From positions 29,324 through 93,323 of the forward strand of contig CAWAWP010000003.1 of the NCBI GenBank assembly GCA_963785845.1: DNA of 64,000 nt. The letters are read 5' to 3'. The stretch's first letter is position 1, and each line of letters starts with the position of its first letter. The position numbers and the translations under genes were made by a program. Shown one piece after another: positions 9,570 through 18,797 of the stretch. The stretch is from an uncultured Chloroflexia bacterium. Lineage in GTDB: Bacteria > Chloroflexota > Ktedonobacteria > Ktedonobacterales > JADMIN01. The notes below the pieces were generated by a model. The model saw only the letters and a program-made list of their open reading frames with translations. It had not been told where the DNA came from and did not search any database.

Positions 9570-12512
9570 CTAGACGGCGCGTTCCAGCGGCTCGGCAAGC
9601 GAGGCATAATTGGCACGGAGCCACTGACCGGTGAAGCTGGCTTCAACCTCGGCGACCGCTTCGGGTGTGCCCTCCGCGAGGATCTGCCCGCCCGCGGCGC
9701 CACCCTCCGGCCCGAGATCGATCAGCCAGTCCGCGGAGTTGATCACGTCGAGGTTGTGCTCGACCACCACCACGGTATTGCCGGCGTCCACCAGGCGGTG
9801 CAGCACGTCCAGCAGGCGCCGGATATCGGCGAAGTGGAGTCCGGTGGTAGGCTCGTCCAGGATATAAAGGGTACGACCCGTCGCGAGGTGGCTCAGTTCC
9901 TTCGCAAGCTTGATGCGCTGCGCCTCGCCGCCCGAAAAGGTCAGCGCGCTCTGCCCAAGCTTGACGTACTCGAGACCCACATCGTCCAGCGTCCGCAACA
10001 TCCGCTCGGCGGTGGGCAGGTTGGCGAAAAACTCCAACGCCTGCCGCACGTCCATATCCAGCACATCGGCGATGGTCTTACCCTTATAGGTGATCGCCAG
10101 GGTTTCGGCGTTGAAGCGCAGACCCTTACACTCGCGACAGGTGACCCAGACATCGGCGAGGAAGTGCATCTCGATTTTGCGCTGACCATGGCCCATGCAA
10201 GCTTCGCAGCGTCCACCTTTGACATTGAAGCTGAAGCGGTCGGACTTGTAACCGCGTGCGCGGGCCTCCTGCGTTGCCGCGAACACCCCACGGATCTCGT
10301 CAAAGAGCTTGGTGTACGTGGCGGGATTGGAGCGCGGCGTGCGCCCAATGGGGTCCTGCGTTACGTTGACGATCTTATCAAGCTGGTCGAGGCCGTCCAG
10401 GAAGTCGTACGGCCCCGGCGTCTCCTGAGATTTGTTCAGGGCGCGGGCCAGCGCGGGCTGCAGCGTCTTGGCGATCAGGCTGCTCTTGCCGCTGCCGCTG
10501 ACGCCGGTGATGCACGTAAAGCGCCCAATGGGGATGCGTGCCGTGACATTCTTCAGATTGTTCAGCCGCGCGCCCGAAAGCGTCAGCCAGCGGCCGTCGG
10601 GCGCGCGCCGCGTGAGGTGCGCCGGCGCGACGCTCCGCGCCCCGCTGAGATATTGGCCCGTCAGCGAGTGCGCGTCGGCGGCCACTGCCCGGGGAGTTCC
10701 CGCGGAGACAATTTCGCCGCCGAGCACGCCGGCGCCGGGACCGAGATCGATCAGCCAGTCTGCGCTTTGCATCATCTCGGCGTCGTGCTCCACCACGAGC
10801 ACCGTATTGCCCATATCGCGCAGCCGCAGCAGCGTCTCGATCAGCGCGCGGTTATCGCGGGGATGCAGCCCGATCGACGGTTCATCGAGGATGTAGAGCA
10901 CGCCGACGAGGCCGCAGCCAAGCTGGCTCGCCAGACGGATGCGCTGCCCCTCGCCGCCAGAAAGCGTTGGCGCGGGCCTGTCGAGCGTCAGGTAGTGGAG
11001 ACCGACGTTGAGCATGAAGCGCAGTCGGTCGCGGATCTCTTTGAGCACCTCCCCGGCGATCTCGAACTGTTCGCCGGTCAGTGCCGAAGCGTCGGCGTCA
11101 TCTGTGGCGGAGGCGTCGCCGAACCCGCCATAGAGCCGCTCGACCCAGGCATATGCTTCGGCGATCGACATTCGGCTGACCACCGGCAGTTTCGCGTCCC
11201 CGACGGTGACGGCGATCGCCTCGGAGCGCAGCCGCGCACCCCCGCACGTCGGGCACGGCTGTTCGCTCATGAAGCTTGCGTACCAGCGCCGCGTCTGGTC
11301 GGAGCCCGTCTGGTGAAAGAGGCGATCGATGTGGTGGACGATGCCTTTGACCGTGCGAACGCTCTCAGAGGAATAGCTGCCCTCGCTCCACTCGCCATTG
11401 TAGGTGAAGCGCACCTTCTCGTCGCCGGACCCATAGAGCAGCACATCGCGGAAGCTTTGTGGCAAGTCTTGCCAGGGAACGTCGAGTCCGACACCGTAGT
11501 GGTCGGCAATCGCCCGGACCTGCCGCACCGTCCAGCTATCCTTCTTTTTGCCCAGATCGCCATACCACCGAAGTGCGCCCTCCTTCAGCGAGAGCCGCGG
11601 GTCGGCGACGATCAGCGCGGGATCGACGGTCATCTTGGTGCCGAGGCCGTGGCAATCGGGGCACATACCCAGCGGCGAGTTGAAGCTGAACAACTGCGGC
11701 GAAAGCTCGGGAAAGCTGATCTCGCAGTAGGGGCAGGCCAGGTGCTCGCTCAACAGCAGCTCGCGGCCATCCTCCAAGAGGGCGAGCAGCAGCCCACCCG
11801 CGGCGCGCAGCGTCGTCTCCACCGAGTCGGTAAGGCGCGCGGCGAAACTGGCGGCGGTTTCGGTATCGGCGGCATCGGGGACGAGCAGCCGGTCGATCAC
11901 CAACTCGACGTTGTGCGGCTTCTTCTTGTTGAGCGAGGCGCCCGCGGTCAACTCGACGATCTCGCCATCGATGCGCGCGCGCACGAAGCCATCTCGCCGC
12001 GCCTGCTCCAGCACCTCAGCATGCGTGCCCTTGCGGCGGCGAACGACCGGCGCGAGAATCTGCAGCCGCGTGCCCGCCGGCAGCGCCGCAAGCTGCTCGA
12101 CGATGCGCTGGGCGCTTTGCGCCTCGACCACACGTCCGCAGCTCGGGCAATGCGGAATGCCAACGCGGGCGAAAAGCACTCGCAGGTAATCCATGACCTC
12201 GGTGACGGTGCCGACGGTCGAACGCGGATTCTTGCTTACCGTCTTCTGTTCGATGGAAATGGCGGGCGAGAGGCCGCCGATGAAGTCCACCCGTGGCTTC
12301 TCCATCTGGCCCAAGAACTGGCGAGCGTAGGACGAAAGCGACTCGACGTAGCGGCGTTGGCCCTCGGCGTAGATCGTGTCAAAAGCCAGCGACGACTTAC
12401 CGCTACCGCTGACGCCGGTGAGGACGACCAGCTTGTGGCGCGGGATGGCGACATCCACATTCTTGAGGTTGTGCTGCCGAGCGCCGCGGACGACAATGGT
12501 GTCGGGTTCCAT
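9570..12512 (-). CDS. uvrA: Excinuclease ABC subunit A
   Basis: Two ABC modules: Walker A '[10 protein letters not shown]' twice, signatures '[12 protein letters not shown]' and '[12 protein letters not shown]'. Zn-finger Cys clusters ('CPSCG', 'CPYC..CPDCHG', 'CPTCGG', 'CEAC..CRECKG'). Start trimmed to ATG 12512 ([18 protein letters not shown]). Confidence 0.97.
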   Translation of the reverse strand: MEPDTIVVRGARQHNLKNVDVAIPRHKLVVLTGVSGSGKSSLAFDTIYAEGQRRYVESLSSYARQFLGQMEKPRVDFIGGLSPAISIEQKTVSKNPRSTVGTVTEVMDYLRVLFARVGIPHCPSCGRVVEAQSAQRIVEQLAALPAGTRLQILAPVVRRRKGTHAEVLEQARRDGFVRARIDGEIVELTAGASLNKKKPHNVELVIDRLLVPDAADTETAASFAARLTDSVETTLRAAGGLLLALLEDGRELLLSEHLACPYCEISFPELSPQLFSFNSPLGMCPDCHGLGTKMTVDPALIVADPRLSLKEGALRWYGDLGKKKDSWTVRQVRAIADHYGVGLDVPWQDLPQSFRDVLLYGSGDEKVRFTYNGEWSEGSYSSESVRTVKGIVHHIDRLFHQTGSDQTRRWYASFMSEQPCPTCGGARLRSEAIAVTVGDAKLPVVSRMSIAEAYAWVERLYGGFGDASATDDADASALTGEQFEIAGEVLKEIRDRLRFMLNVGLHYLTLDRPAPTLSGGEGQRIRLASQLGCGLVGVLYILDEPSIGLHPRDNRALIETLLRLRDMGNTVLVVEHDAEMMQSADWLIDLGPGAGVLGGEIVSAGTPRAVAADAHSLTGQYLSGARSVAPAHLTRRAPDGRWLTLSGARLNNLKNVTARIPIGRFTCITGVSGSGKSSLIAKTLQPALARALNKSQETPGPYDFLDGLDQLDKIVNVTQDPIGRTPRSNPATYTKLFDEIRGVFAATQEARARGYKSDRFSFNVKGGRCEACMGHGQRKIEMHFLADVWVTCRECKGLRFNAETLAITYKGKTIADVLDMDVRQALEFFANLPTAERMLRTLDDVGLEYVKLGQSALTFSGGEAQRIKLAKELSHLATGRTLYILDEPTTGLHFADIRRLLDVLHRLVDAGNTVVVVEHNLDVINSADWLIDLGPEGGAAGGQILAEGTPEAVAEVEASFTGQWLRANYASLAEPLERAV

Positions 12513-12805
12513 ACGCTTCTGGGTCCTCACTACTTCGTTTGCCAGCCTGAGCACGACCAGCGGACGCGATACCTCGCGTCGCTATACCCTGCGAATGCCG
12601 CGAGTCGTCTGCACGCGGCAAGCCCGCTCGGAGGCGAGATGTGGTGGCGCATCGATCATGTAGACGAGTGCGGCTTGTCGAGTGCCACGCAGAGAGCGTA
12701 GCTCTGGATACCTGACACCTCTTGACAGGTACCGGAGATATTTTCTAAAACTGGGACCAATGGGTTGACACTCGCCGAGCGCACACGCAAGTCGGCGTCG
12801 TGCCC

Positions 12806-13273
12806 TCAGCTCACCGCTTGCCGCACAAGCGCGCTGATCCGTGCCTCCTCGGCGGCGGTCAATTCCTTCAGCGCGTAGGCGACGGGCCACAGCGCGCCTT
12901 CGTCGAGGTGCGCCGCATCGTTGAATGCGAACGTCGCGTATCTCATCTTGAACTTGCTTGCGGGTTGGAAGTAGCAGACGATCTTGCCGTCCTTGGCATA
13001 CGCAGGCATCCCGTACCAGAGCTTTGGCGAGAGGGTTGGCGCGTGAGTTGTGATGATCGCATGGAGCCGCTCGCAGAGGGCGCGATCCGGTGCCGCCATC
13101 TCGCCGATCTTCTCAAGCACGGCGCTTGCCCCATCCGCCTCGCCTGCCTTCAGTTCTTTGGCGCGTTGCCGCATCGCGCCTCGTTCCTCGTCCGTAAACC
13201 TGTTGGATGCCTTGCCGGTCACGGTGGTGCTCTTCGCGGGCTTCTTCGCTGCCTTCTTGTCGTCTGCTTGCAT
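12806..13273 (-). CDS. DUF1801/YdhG-like domain protein
   Basis: 'KLWYGMPAYAKDGKIVCYFQPASKF' core typical of the YdhG-like family, as I recognise it. Lys/Ala-rich N-terminus. Start ATG 13273 preceded by GAGGAGAGG. Confidence 0.7.
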   Translation of the reverse strand: MQADDKKAAKKPAKSTTVTGKASNRFTDEERGAMRQRAKELKAGEADGASAVLEKIGEMAAPDRALCERLHAIITTHAPTLSPKLWYGMPAYAKDGKIVCYFQPASKFKMRYATFAFNDAAHLDEGALWPVAYALKELTAAEEARISALVRQAVS

Positions 13274-13565
13274 GTGGGCCTCTCCTCTGCGACATCCGGC
13301 ATATAAGTGCGTCGGGAAGTAAAAGGAGCAACGGCGCTCCTTCATTCAGACCATTTCTCGCTCTGCGCGTTCCATCTGGCAGCCTGCCACGAAACGCAGA
13401 GGCTTTCAAGCCAGTTCCGAGCGGTTCAAAGCTGTCCGAGATACTTAGAGGTTCATGCGGAGGCGTAACTATGGGCACATAAGCGGGTGACGAGCCGACC
13501 ACGTGGATAGCCCGCTGCCTCTCCTATGCACACACGACAACAGAATGCCTGAAAACGCCTACTCC

Positions 13566-13601
13566 GCTCGAAAAAGGCACATCTTGCACTTCGTGTGCCT
13601 T
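13566..13601 (-). terminator. Terminator-like hairpin (minus strand)
   Basis: Minus strand reads AAGGCACA-(12 nt)-TGTGCCTT followed by TTTCGAG (five consecutive T counting the stem end). It lies in a 694-bp divergent intergenic region with no accepted gene upstream of it. Confidence 0.35.
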
Positions 13602-13967
13602 GCTAGTTGCGGGCGCCGGAAACGCCATGTTCACGTCGAGCGTCGCGGCATTCTGCCGATCATGGCGCGCCGTTTCCCCTGCCCACGGGTGGCAAGTGGA
13701 CTTGCGTTGCGCTAATGCGGTGTTGTAGAGCGTCCAGCAGTGAAACAAGACGCTCGCCAACGCTACGTGTAAGTCTCGCGACGGCCCTCTGGTTGCATGT
13801 GTAATCAGTCTGCCGAAAAAACGAGCGGCGCAACAAGCGCATAGGACACTCTTCGCAGGTCTGTGATGCGACACTCATTTGCGGACACTAACTCACATGC
13901 AATAGCTGCCTATCCGCTAGCAAATCATCGATGAACTGTTGCGATAGTCGTGCGAAGAGGTGGATCG

Positions 13968-14961
13968 ATGCGTGCGGATCGGTTGCTCTCGATGCTGCTG
14001 CTGTTGCAGACCCACCGCCGCATGACCGCGCAAGAGTTAGCGGCACGCCTCGAAGTCTCAGAGCGGACGATTTATCGCGACATGGATGCGCTGGGCGCGG
14101 CGGGCGTGCCGGTCTACACCGAGCGTGGCCCCGGCGGCGGATGCATGCTGATCGACGGCTTTCGCACCAATCTCACCGGTATGACCGAGAGCGAAGTGCG
14201 CACGCTGCTGCTCGCCGGCGCGCCATCGCTGGCAAGCGACCTGGGGCTGGCGGAGTCGCTCGAGGTGGCGCTGCTGAAGTTGCTGGCGGCGCTGCCACCG
14301 CGCTTCCGGTCGCATATCGAGCGAGCGCGTCAACGTATCCACATCGACGCCTCCGGCTGGTCACGCTACGAGGAGCCAGTACCGCACCTGGGAACAATCC
14401 AGGAGGCAGTGCTGCTCGATAAGCGCCTTCAGCTGACCTATCAGAAGGCCAACGGCGAGGTCAGTCAGCGCGTCATCGATCCGCTCGGACTTGGTGGCGA
14501 AGGCGACGATCTGGTATCTGGTGGCGGCTTCCAACGGCGACATGCGTGTCTTCCGCGTCTCGCGCGTACTCGCGGTAGAGGCGTTGGAGGAGCCGTGCCT
14601 GCGTCCAGAGGGGTTCGAGCTCGGCGCGTACTGGGCGCGGTGGGAGAAGGAGTTCGCCGCGTCGTGGCAGACCTACGAGGTCCGGGTGCGCGTGGACTCT
14701 GAGCACGTGCCCTCACTGCCCATGATCTTTGGCGACTGGGTACGTGCGCTGGTTGAGCGAGCCGCGCCAGACGCGGACGGCAGCCTGACGTTGCCACTGA
14801 CCTTCGATTCGGCAGAGCATGCGCGCTCGCGGATGCTTGAACTGGGCACCGCGGTTGAGGTGATCGACCCACCCGAATTACGCGAAGCCGTGGCGGAGTA
14901 TGCACGGCGTATCGCCGCATTCTACGCGGAGCGCACACCGACGGTCACGGCAGGGCGATGA
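13968..14961 (+). pseudogene. YafY-type HTH-WYL-WCX transcriptional regulator, reading frame broken by +1 frameshift at 14493/14494
   Basis: The N-terminal part (ORF 13950..14702) has 'MRADRLLSMLLLLQTHRRMTAQELAARLEVSERTIYRDMDALGAAGVPVYTERGPGGG'. The WYL part continues in the +1 frame (ORF 14491..14961) as 'VAKATIWYLVAASNGDMRVFRVSRV'. Deleting one G of 'cttGGtg' restores '..IDPLGLVAKATIWYLVA..'. Confidence 0.85.
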
Positions 14962-15445
14962 TCTGGGCGGAGGGCTGGCCGTCTTCGATGCTGAGGATGG
15001 CGATCGTGCAACGCGGCTGCCTGCGACGCTCAGTGGCGCTACCCGGATTGAGCAGCAGCAGCCCGTCGGCCTCCTCGACGTAGGGGACGTGGCTGTGGCC
15101 GAAGACCACGACGCGGGCAGCGGGGAATTCACGGCGGGCGTTGCGGACGTGGTGGGCGCGGTCGCCAAGGTTGTGGATCAGGCCGATGGCGACGCCTTCG
15201 ACGACGATCTCGCGCTTGAGCGGCAGCGCGGCGACGACCTCCGCCTGCTCGACATTACCCTGGACGGCCTCGACGGGGGCGTAGGCGGAGAGCTGGCCCA
15301 GCACGGCGAGGGAAGAGAGGTCGCCAGCGTGGAGGATCAACTCAACATCTTCGAAGTGGCGAAGGGCGGCATCGGGGATGCGTGGGGCGCTGGACGGCAC
15401 GTGCGTGTCCGAGATGACGCCGATGAGGTATCTGCTGCTCATCAC
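14945..15445 (-). CDS. Metallophosphoesterase, YfcE/MJ0936-like
   Basis: Motifs 'IGVISDTHVP', 'LILHAGDLSS', 'VVVFGHSHVPYVEE'. The start overlaps the upstream ORF stop (ATGA). Confidence 0.85.
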   Translation of the reverse strand: MMSSRYLIGVISDTHVPSSAPRIPDAALRHFEDVELILHAGDLSSLAVLGQLSAYAPVEAVQGNVEQAEVVAALPLKREIVVEGVAIGLIHNLGDRAHHVRNARREFPAARVVVFGHSHVPYVEEADGLLLLNPGSATERRRQPRCTIAILSIEDGQPSAQIIALP

Positions 15446-15699
15446 TGCGCCTCAAAAACGACCAAGCGCAATGGCCTCGCGGTGTGCATTGCCGCAAAGA
15501 TCCCGATAAGCACGACCATCGCGATCATGTCGTCCACACCGCCGGTGCCTGGCTGCTGCTCGCGGACGTGCTCACCAAGGGTAAGGCTGTACACCCAATC
15601 GCGACGCGTCGTCGTGGCAGCGAGTATGCAGCCGGTGGCGCCAAGCGCAGCGGCGAGGATACCACTGACGAGTTGGGGCCGACTGAGGAACGTGCTCAA
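15442..15699 (-). CDS. Small two-TM membrane protein, hypothetical
   Basis: ORF 15442..15723. Two hydrophobic segments ('GILAAALGATGCILAA', 'MIAMVVLIGIFAAM'). Likely TTG start at 15699, 4 nt after GGGAGGTG. The stop overlaps the next gene start by 4 nt. Confidence 0.5.
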   Translation of the reverse strand: MSTFLSRPQLVSGILAAALGATGCILAATTTRRDWVYSLTLGEHVREQQPGTGGVDDMIAMVVLIGIFAAMHTARPLRLVVFEAQ

Positions 15700-15732
15700 G
15701 GTGCACCTCCCGCAACGCGCCACGCAGGACGC

Positions 15733-16923
15733 TCATTTGATCCAGTCGGGCATGGCGTCGTGTCCCATGCCGAAGTGATGGGCGAGTTCGTGAAGGACCG
15801 TGGCGCGCACCTGATGGCGGATGCGCTTGGGATCGCCGTGGCAATACGTCTCAATCGAGCGTTGATAGATCGTGATCAACTGCGGCGGATGGTAGAGCGC
15901 CCCTTGCCACGTGACGGGAACGCCCTCGTAGAGGCCAAGCAGCAGGGTGCAGGGGCGCACCTGCATGCGGCGAATCTCGTCCTCGTCCGGCTCGTCCTTG
16001 ACGCGCACGACGACATTTTCCATATACGGATGGAACTCTTCGGGGACGCGGCCCAGCGCCTCCTCGACCATGCGCTCAAACTCGGTCGGTTCGCGCTCTG
16101 GCACGACGAACCGCGGCTCAAATGGCTCCTCCTCCACGGGTTCCGGCGGCGCAGGGCGGCGCCGCGGCGGATGTCGCCTGCCATGGTTGCCGCCTCGCGC
16201 GGTGTACGACGCCTCGGCGCGGTGTACGGAGCGGCGCTCGCGACGCGCGGCGCTCACACGCGGCTCGGCCTCCAGATACGCGTTCGCCGCGCGACCGATA
16301 CCGGCGTCGTCGAGCAGAAAGATCATGCCAAGCGCGCCGAAGATCAGCGCGCCAGCGATCGACAGCACGCCGCCGGCGTCCCCGCCGCCGTTGCGCGCGA
16401 CGTTCGAGGCGAGTCCTAAAGCGATCAGCGCCGAAAGTGTCGCGCCGAGGATGCCGGCGAAGCTGTGTTCTTGGCCGAGGCGCGCGCCCGGCGTCGGAGC
16501 GGGTTCCGCGCTCGCGGCATAGGCCGGCTCGTGGTGGACGTAATAGTGATTCGCCGAAGTCGGCCAGACGTTGGAATACTGCGGCACGTAGCCAAAAGTG
16601 CTTGATGATGCCTGGCCGCTCCGCGCCATGTCACCACGGCGCAGGTCGTATGCCGCCCGCGCCTCAGGCGTCGCGATCGCATTGTACGCCCGCAGCAGCG
16701 AGCGCATGCGCCGCTCTGAGCGCTCACGCAGCGGCTCCGGCGCCGAAACGTAGTGATCAGGGTGCCAAAGCTTGGCCAGGCGGCGAAATGCCTGGCGAAT
16801 CTCATCATCCGAGGCGCTCGCGCCTACGCCAAGCACCGCATAGAAGTCCGGTTCGCCGCCAGGCCCTCTCCGCTCGTCGGTCTCCGCCCGCTCGCCCGCG
16901 GTATCGGTTGGATTCGCCGCCAC
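15733..16923 (-). CDS. J-domain / two-TM / zincin-like (DUF1025-type, HExxH) fusion protein
   Basis: 'DFYAVLGVGASASDDEIRQAFRRLAKLWHPDH' (J-domain with HPD); two hydrophobic helices; Arg-rich linker; C-terminal '..VVRVKDEPDEDE..VLHELAHHFGMGHD'. Start set to GTG 16923, 5 nt after GGGAGG. Confidence 0.8.
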   Translation of the reverse strand: MAANPTDTAGERAETDERRGPGGEPDFYAVLGVGASASDDEIRQAFRRLAKLWHPDHYVSAPEPLRERSERRMRSLLRAYNAIATPEARAAYDLRRGDMARSGQASSSTFGYVPQYSNVWPTSANHYYVHHEPAYAASAEPAPTPGARLGQEHSFAGILGATLSALIALGLASNVARNGGGDAGGVLSIAGALIFGALGMIFLLDDAGIGRAANAYLEAEPRVSAARRERRSVHRAEASYTARGGNHGRRHPPRRRPAPPEPVEEEPFEPRFVVPEREPTEFERMVEEALGRVPEEFHPYMENVVVRVKDEPDEDEIRRMQVRPCTLLLGLYEGVPVTWQGALYHPPQLITIYQRSIETYCHGDPKRIRHQVRATVLHELAHHFGMGHDAMPDWIK

Positions 16924-17048
16924 GCTCGCCTCCCGCGATGAGACGTCAGCACACCCGCTACCACAGTATGCGACATAGCATGAGAGGCGCGCTCCACACA
17001 ACTACGCGCCCGCGCGACACGGGTTGCCGCGCAAGCGGGCGACGGGCG

Positions 17049-17462
17049 CTAATAGCTCGCGTCTCCAGCCGCTGCGGTGATCGCGGCGCGCTTCGCCCAG
17101 CGTCCGGCAACGCGCTGCAAGGCGAAAATGGCGACGACGGCGATGATCGTGAAGACCACCGCGCGGATGATCTCACCGGTCAACAGGCCGACATGGATCC
17201 CAAACCAACCAAAGACCTTGTTCACGCCGTCGCGGATAGCGTCATTCCAGGCGAGCGCCGCGACGAAGCCGAACGCCGACGAGATCAGCGTGACGATCGT
17301 CCCCAGCACGACCGTGGTAGCGGCGGCGGCCTGCGCACGTGCCTGCTCTTGCGCGCGAATCAGGCGTTCCATCGTCGCCGGATCCACCGCCCGGCGCGGA
17401 TCGAGTCCAGCGGGCAATCCTAAACGCCGCCGCTGCTCCGCTGCTTTCTGCTCGTCGCTCAT
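17049..17462 (-). CDS. Small membrane protein (DUF5654-like, tentative)
   Basis: 'SAFGFVAALAWNDAIRDGV' plus a second TM 'AVVFTIIAVVAIFAL'. ATG 17462 is preceded by GAGGAG. Family name is from memory and not verified. Confidence 0.6.
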   Translation of the reverse strand: MSDEQKAAEQRRRLGLPAGLDPRRAVDPATMERLIRAQEQARAQAAAATTVVLGTIVTLISSAFGFVAALAWNDAIRDGVNKVFGWFGIHVGLLTGEIIRAVVFTIIAVVAIFALQRVAGRWAKRAAITAAAGDASY

Positions 17463-17609
17463 CGCTGCTCGTTCTCCTCGCTCTGCCATGCGCCCGGCCC
17501 TCGCGCCGCCGTCAAGCCCAAGCGTAGTGTACAGGCGCGGGTCAAGCAGAGTGTGAGCCATGCTTCGCCGAACGCAGCCGCCCGAACGCAGCCGCCCGAA
17601 CGCAGCGAT

Positions 17610-18398
17610 TCACGAAGACACGTCGCCCCAGGTGATCATACGCAGCGAGCCCTCCGCGAGCCGCAGCAACAGCGCGCCGTCAGCATCCACATCCTCGGCC
17701 ACGCCCGAGACCGGCGCATCGTTCTGCAAGACGGTGACCTCGCGCCCCAGCGTAACCAGTTGCTCACGCCACGCGGCGCGCACCTGGCGTTGGGCAACCT
17801 CGCCCGCGGACGAGAGCGCCGCGTACAGCGCATCGAGGCGCTTGAGCAGCGCGGCGGCTACCTCCTCGCGCGAAACGTCGTGACCCGCCACCTCGGCGAG
17901 GGTAGTGGCCCGCGCGGCGAGATCGGCGTCGTCGACGTACGAGCCGTTGACGTTGATCCCAATGCCGAGGACGGCATAGCCAGGGCTGGTCTCGATCAAG
18001 ATGCCGCAGACTTTGCGACCGGTGATCAACACGTCATTGGGCCACTTGATCTCCGCCCGCACCGGCGCCACCGCTTCGACGGCGGCGGCAACGGCGAGCG
18101 CGCTTGCCATGACGAGGAAGTGCGGTGGAAAAGCGGGGCGCAGCACCAGTGACAGCGCGAGATTCTGCCGTGGGTGCGACTTCCAGACGCGTCCGATACG
18201 GCCGCGCCCTGCGGTCTGGTCGTCGGTGAGTACCAGCGTACCCTCAGCGGCGCCGGCGCGGGCCAGTTCGCTGGCATACGTGTTAGTCGAAGGCAGCGCG
18301 GGGAAGTAGCGCAGTGGCGTGCCCAAACGCAGCCCGTCTAGCGCGGCCTGCAGCGTGTCGAGGTCCAATGGCGGCAGTTCGGTGACGTCATCTGGCAC
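17610..18398 (-). CDS. birA: Biotin--[acetyl-CoA-carboxylase] ligase, group I (no N-terminal HTH)
   Basis: 'TAGRGRIGRVWKS' (GRGRxGRxW) and 'EIKWPNDVLI'. At 262 aa there is no DNA-binding domain. GTG start at 18398 with GGGGAGGA upstream. Confidence 0.9.
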   Translation of the reverse strand: MPDDVTELPPLDLDTLQAALDGLRLGTPLRYFPALPSTNTYASELARAGAAEGTLVLTDDQTAGRGRIGRVWKSHPRQNLALSLVLRPAFPPHFLVMASALAVAAAVEAVAPVRAEIKWPNDVLITGRKVCGILIETSPGYAVLGIGINVNGSYVDDADLAARATTLAEVAGHDVSREEVAAALLKRLDALYAALSSAGEVAQRQVRAAWREQLVTLGREVTVLQNDAPVSGVAEDVDADGALLLRLAEGSLRMITWGDVSS

Positions 18399-18523
18399 AG
18401 TGACAGTGGTCCTCCCCTGGCGTCGGCGCTGAGCGTGAATCGCACATCGCCAGCCCCGAAACGACTCGTGGCGAGAAGCGCGAACGTGGCGGCTCTCGCT
18501 GACTCGTAGCGCTGCAAAAGTGC

Positions 18524-18568
18524 AAAAAAGAACCGGGGCGAGAGCGGTATCCGCCCTGACCCCGGTTC
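18524..18568 (-). terminator. Rho-independent terminator (minus strand)
   Basis: Minus strand reads GAACCGGGG-TCAGGGCGGATACCGCTCTCG-CCCCGGTTC followed by TTTTTTGCA. The 8-9 bp GC-rich outer stem is 18531-18538 / 18560-18567. Confidence 0.8.
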
Positions 18569-18715
18569 AGCCGCGCAGGCAGGTTTCACACCTGGCCGTT
18601 TGGCACGTAACACCGCTTATTAGCGATGGCACTCTCCCATAGACTCGGTGTGGAGAGCATTCGTGCTGCCTGCGCAGCTAGGTCGTTCACTCACTACACA
18701 CCACCTCCTTTCGTT
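18524..18715 (-). ncRNA. Candidate structured RNA (sRNA, birA leader, or micro-ORF transcript) bounded by its own promoter and terminator
   Basis: 14-bp helix between 18679-18666 (AGCUGCGCAGGCAG) and 18582-18569 (CUGCCUGCGCGGCU). It contains one G-U that would be a C-A mismatch on the plus strand. Internal hairpins at 18659-18630 and 18628-18611 (7 bp, AAUA loop). No family recognised. Confidence 0.35.
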
Positions 18716-18721
18716 GCCCTG

Positions 18722-18750
18722 ATACTAACACGCGAGCAGCGGCTCGTCAA
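18722..18750 (-). promoter_or_regulatory. Sigma-70-like promoter with extended -10 (minus strand)
   Basis: -35 TTGACG (18750-18745), 17-nt spacer, TGt TAGTAT (18730-18722). It sits immediately downstream of the stop of the 18798..19277 gene. Confidence 0.45.
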
Positions 18751-18797
18751 GGGCTGGCGACGCGAAAGCTCATGCGCGCAACGCAGCGCAACCTTGC

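Noticed and set aside
7213-12701. Very long antisense ORFs 7213..9141 (+) and 9756..12701 (+)
   Set aside because: They mirror the oppA-like and uvrA genes on the opposite strand. The composition (Arg/Gly/Ala/Val/Asp runs) is typical of GC-rich antisense frames, and the sense-strand genes carry unambiguous family motifs.
12513-12805. Search for an SOS (Cheo/LexA GAAC-N4-GTTC) box or PafBC-type TGTCGG-N8-TAnnnT promoter upstream of uvrA; two TTGACA words at ~12722 and ~12764
   Set aside because: No acceptable LexA or RecA-NDp-like motif on the uvrA strand. The TTGACA words face away from any plus-strand gene. The CCTGACA-N5-TGACAGG inverted repeat is imperfect and short.
15484-17423. ORFs 15484..16419 (+) and 16122..17423 (+)
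   Set aside because: Arg/Pro/Ala-rich. They overlap the J-domain/zincin and DUF5654-like genes, which have clear motifs and RBSs on the minus strand.
18702-18710. 'cacctcctt' resembling the 3' end (anti-SD) of 16S rRNA
   Set aside because: There is no rRNA context on either side. On the minus strand it simply reads as a GGAGGTG Shine-Dalgarno-like word inside the candidate RNA unit.
18524-18715. Assignment of the birA-upstream RNA to SRP RNA, 6S RNA, RNase P RNA, tmRNA or the c-di-GMP-I riboswitch (the 5' 'CAGGGCAA..GAAAGG' recalls GEMM-I)
   Set aside because: It lacks the SRP domain IV GGAA/AGCA motifs, the RNase P GAGGAAAGUCC, a tRNA-like 3' end, a 6S-type end-to-end duplex, and the GEMM-I paired hairpins. 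It is kept only as an unclassified candidate.
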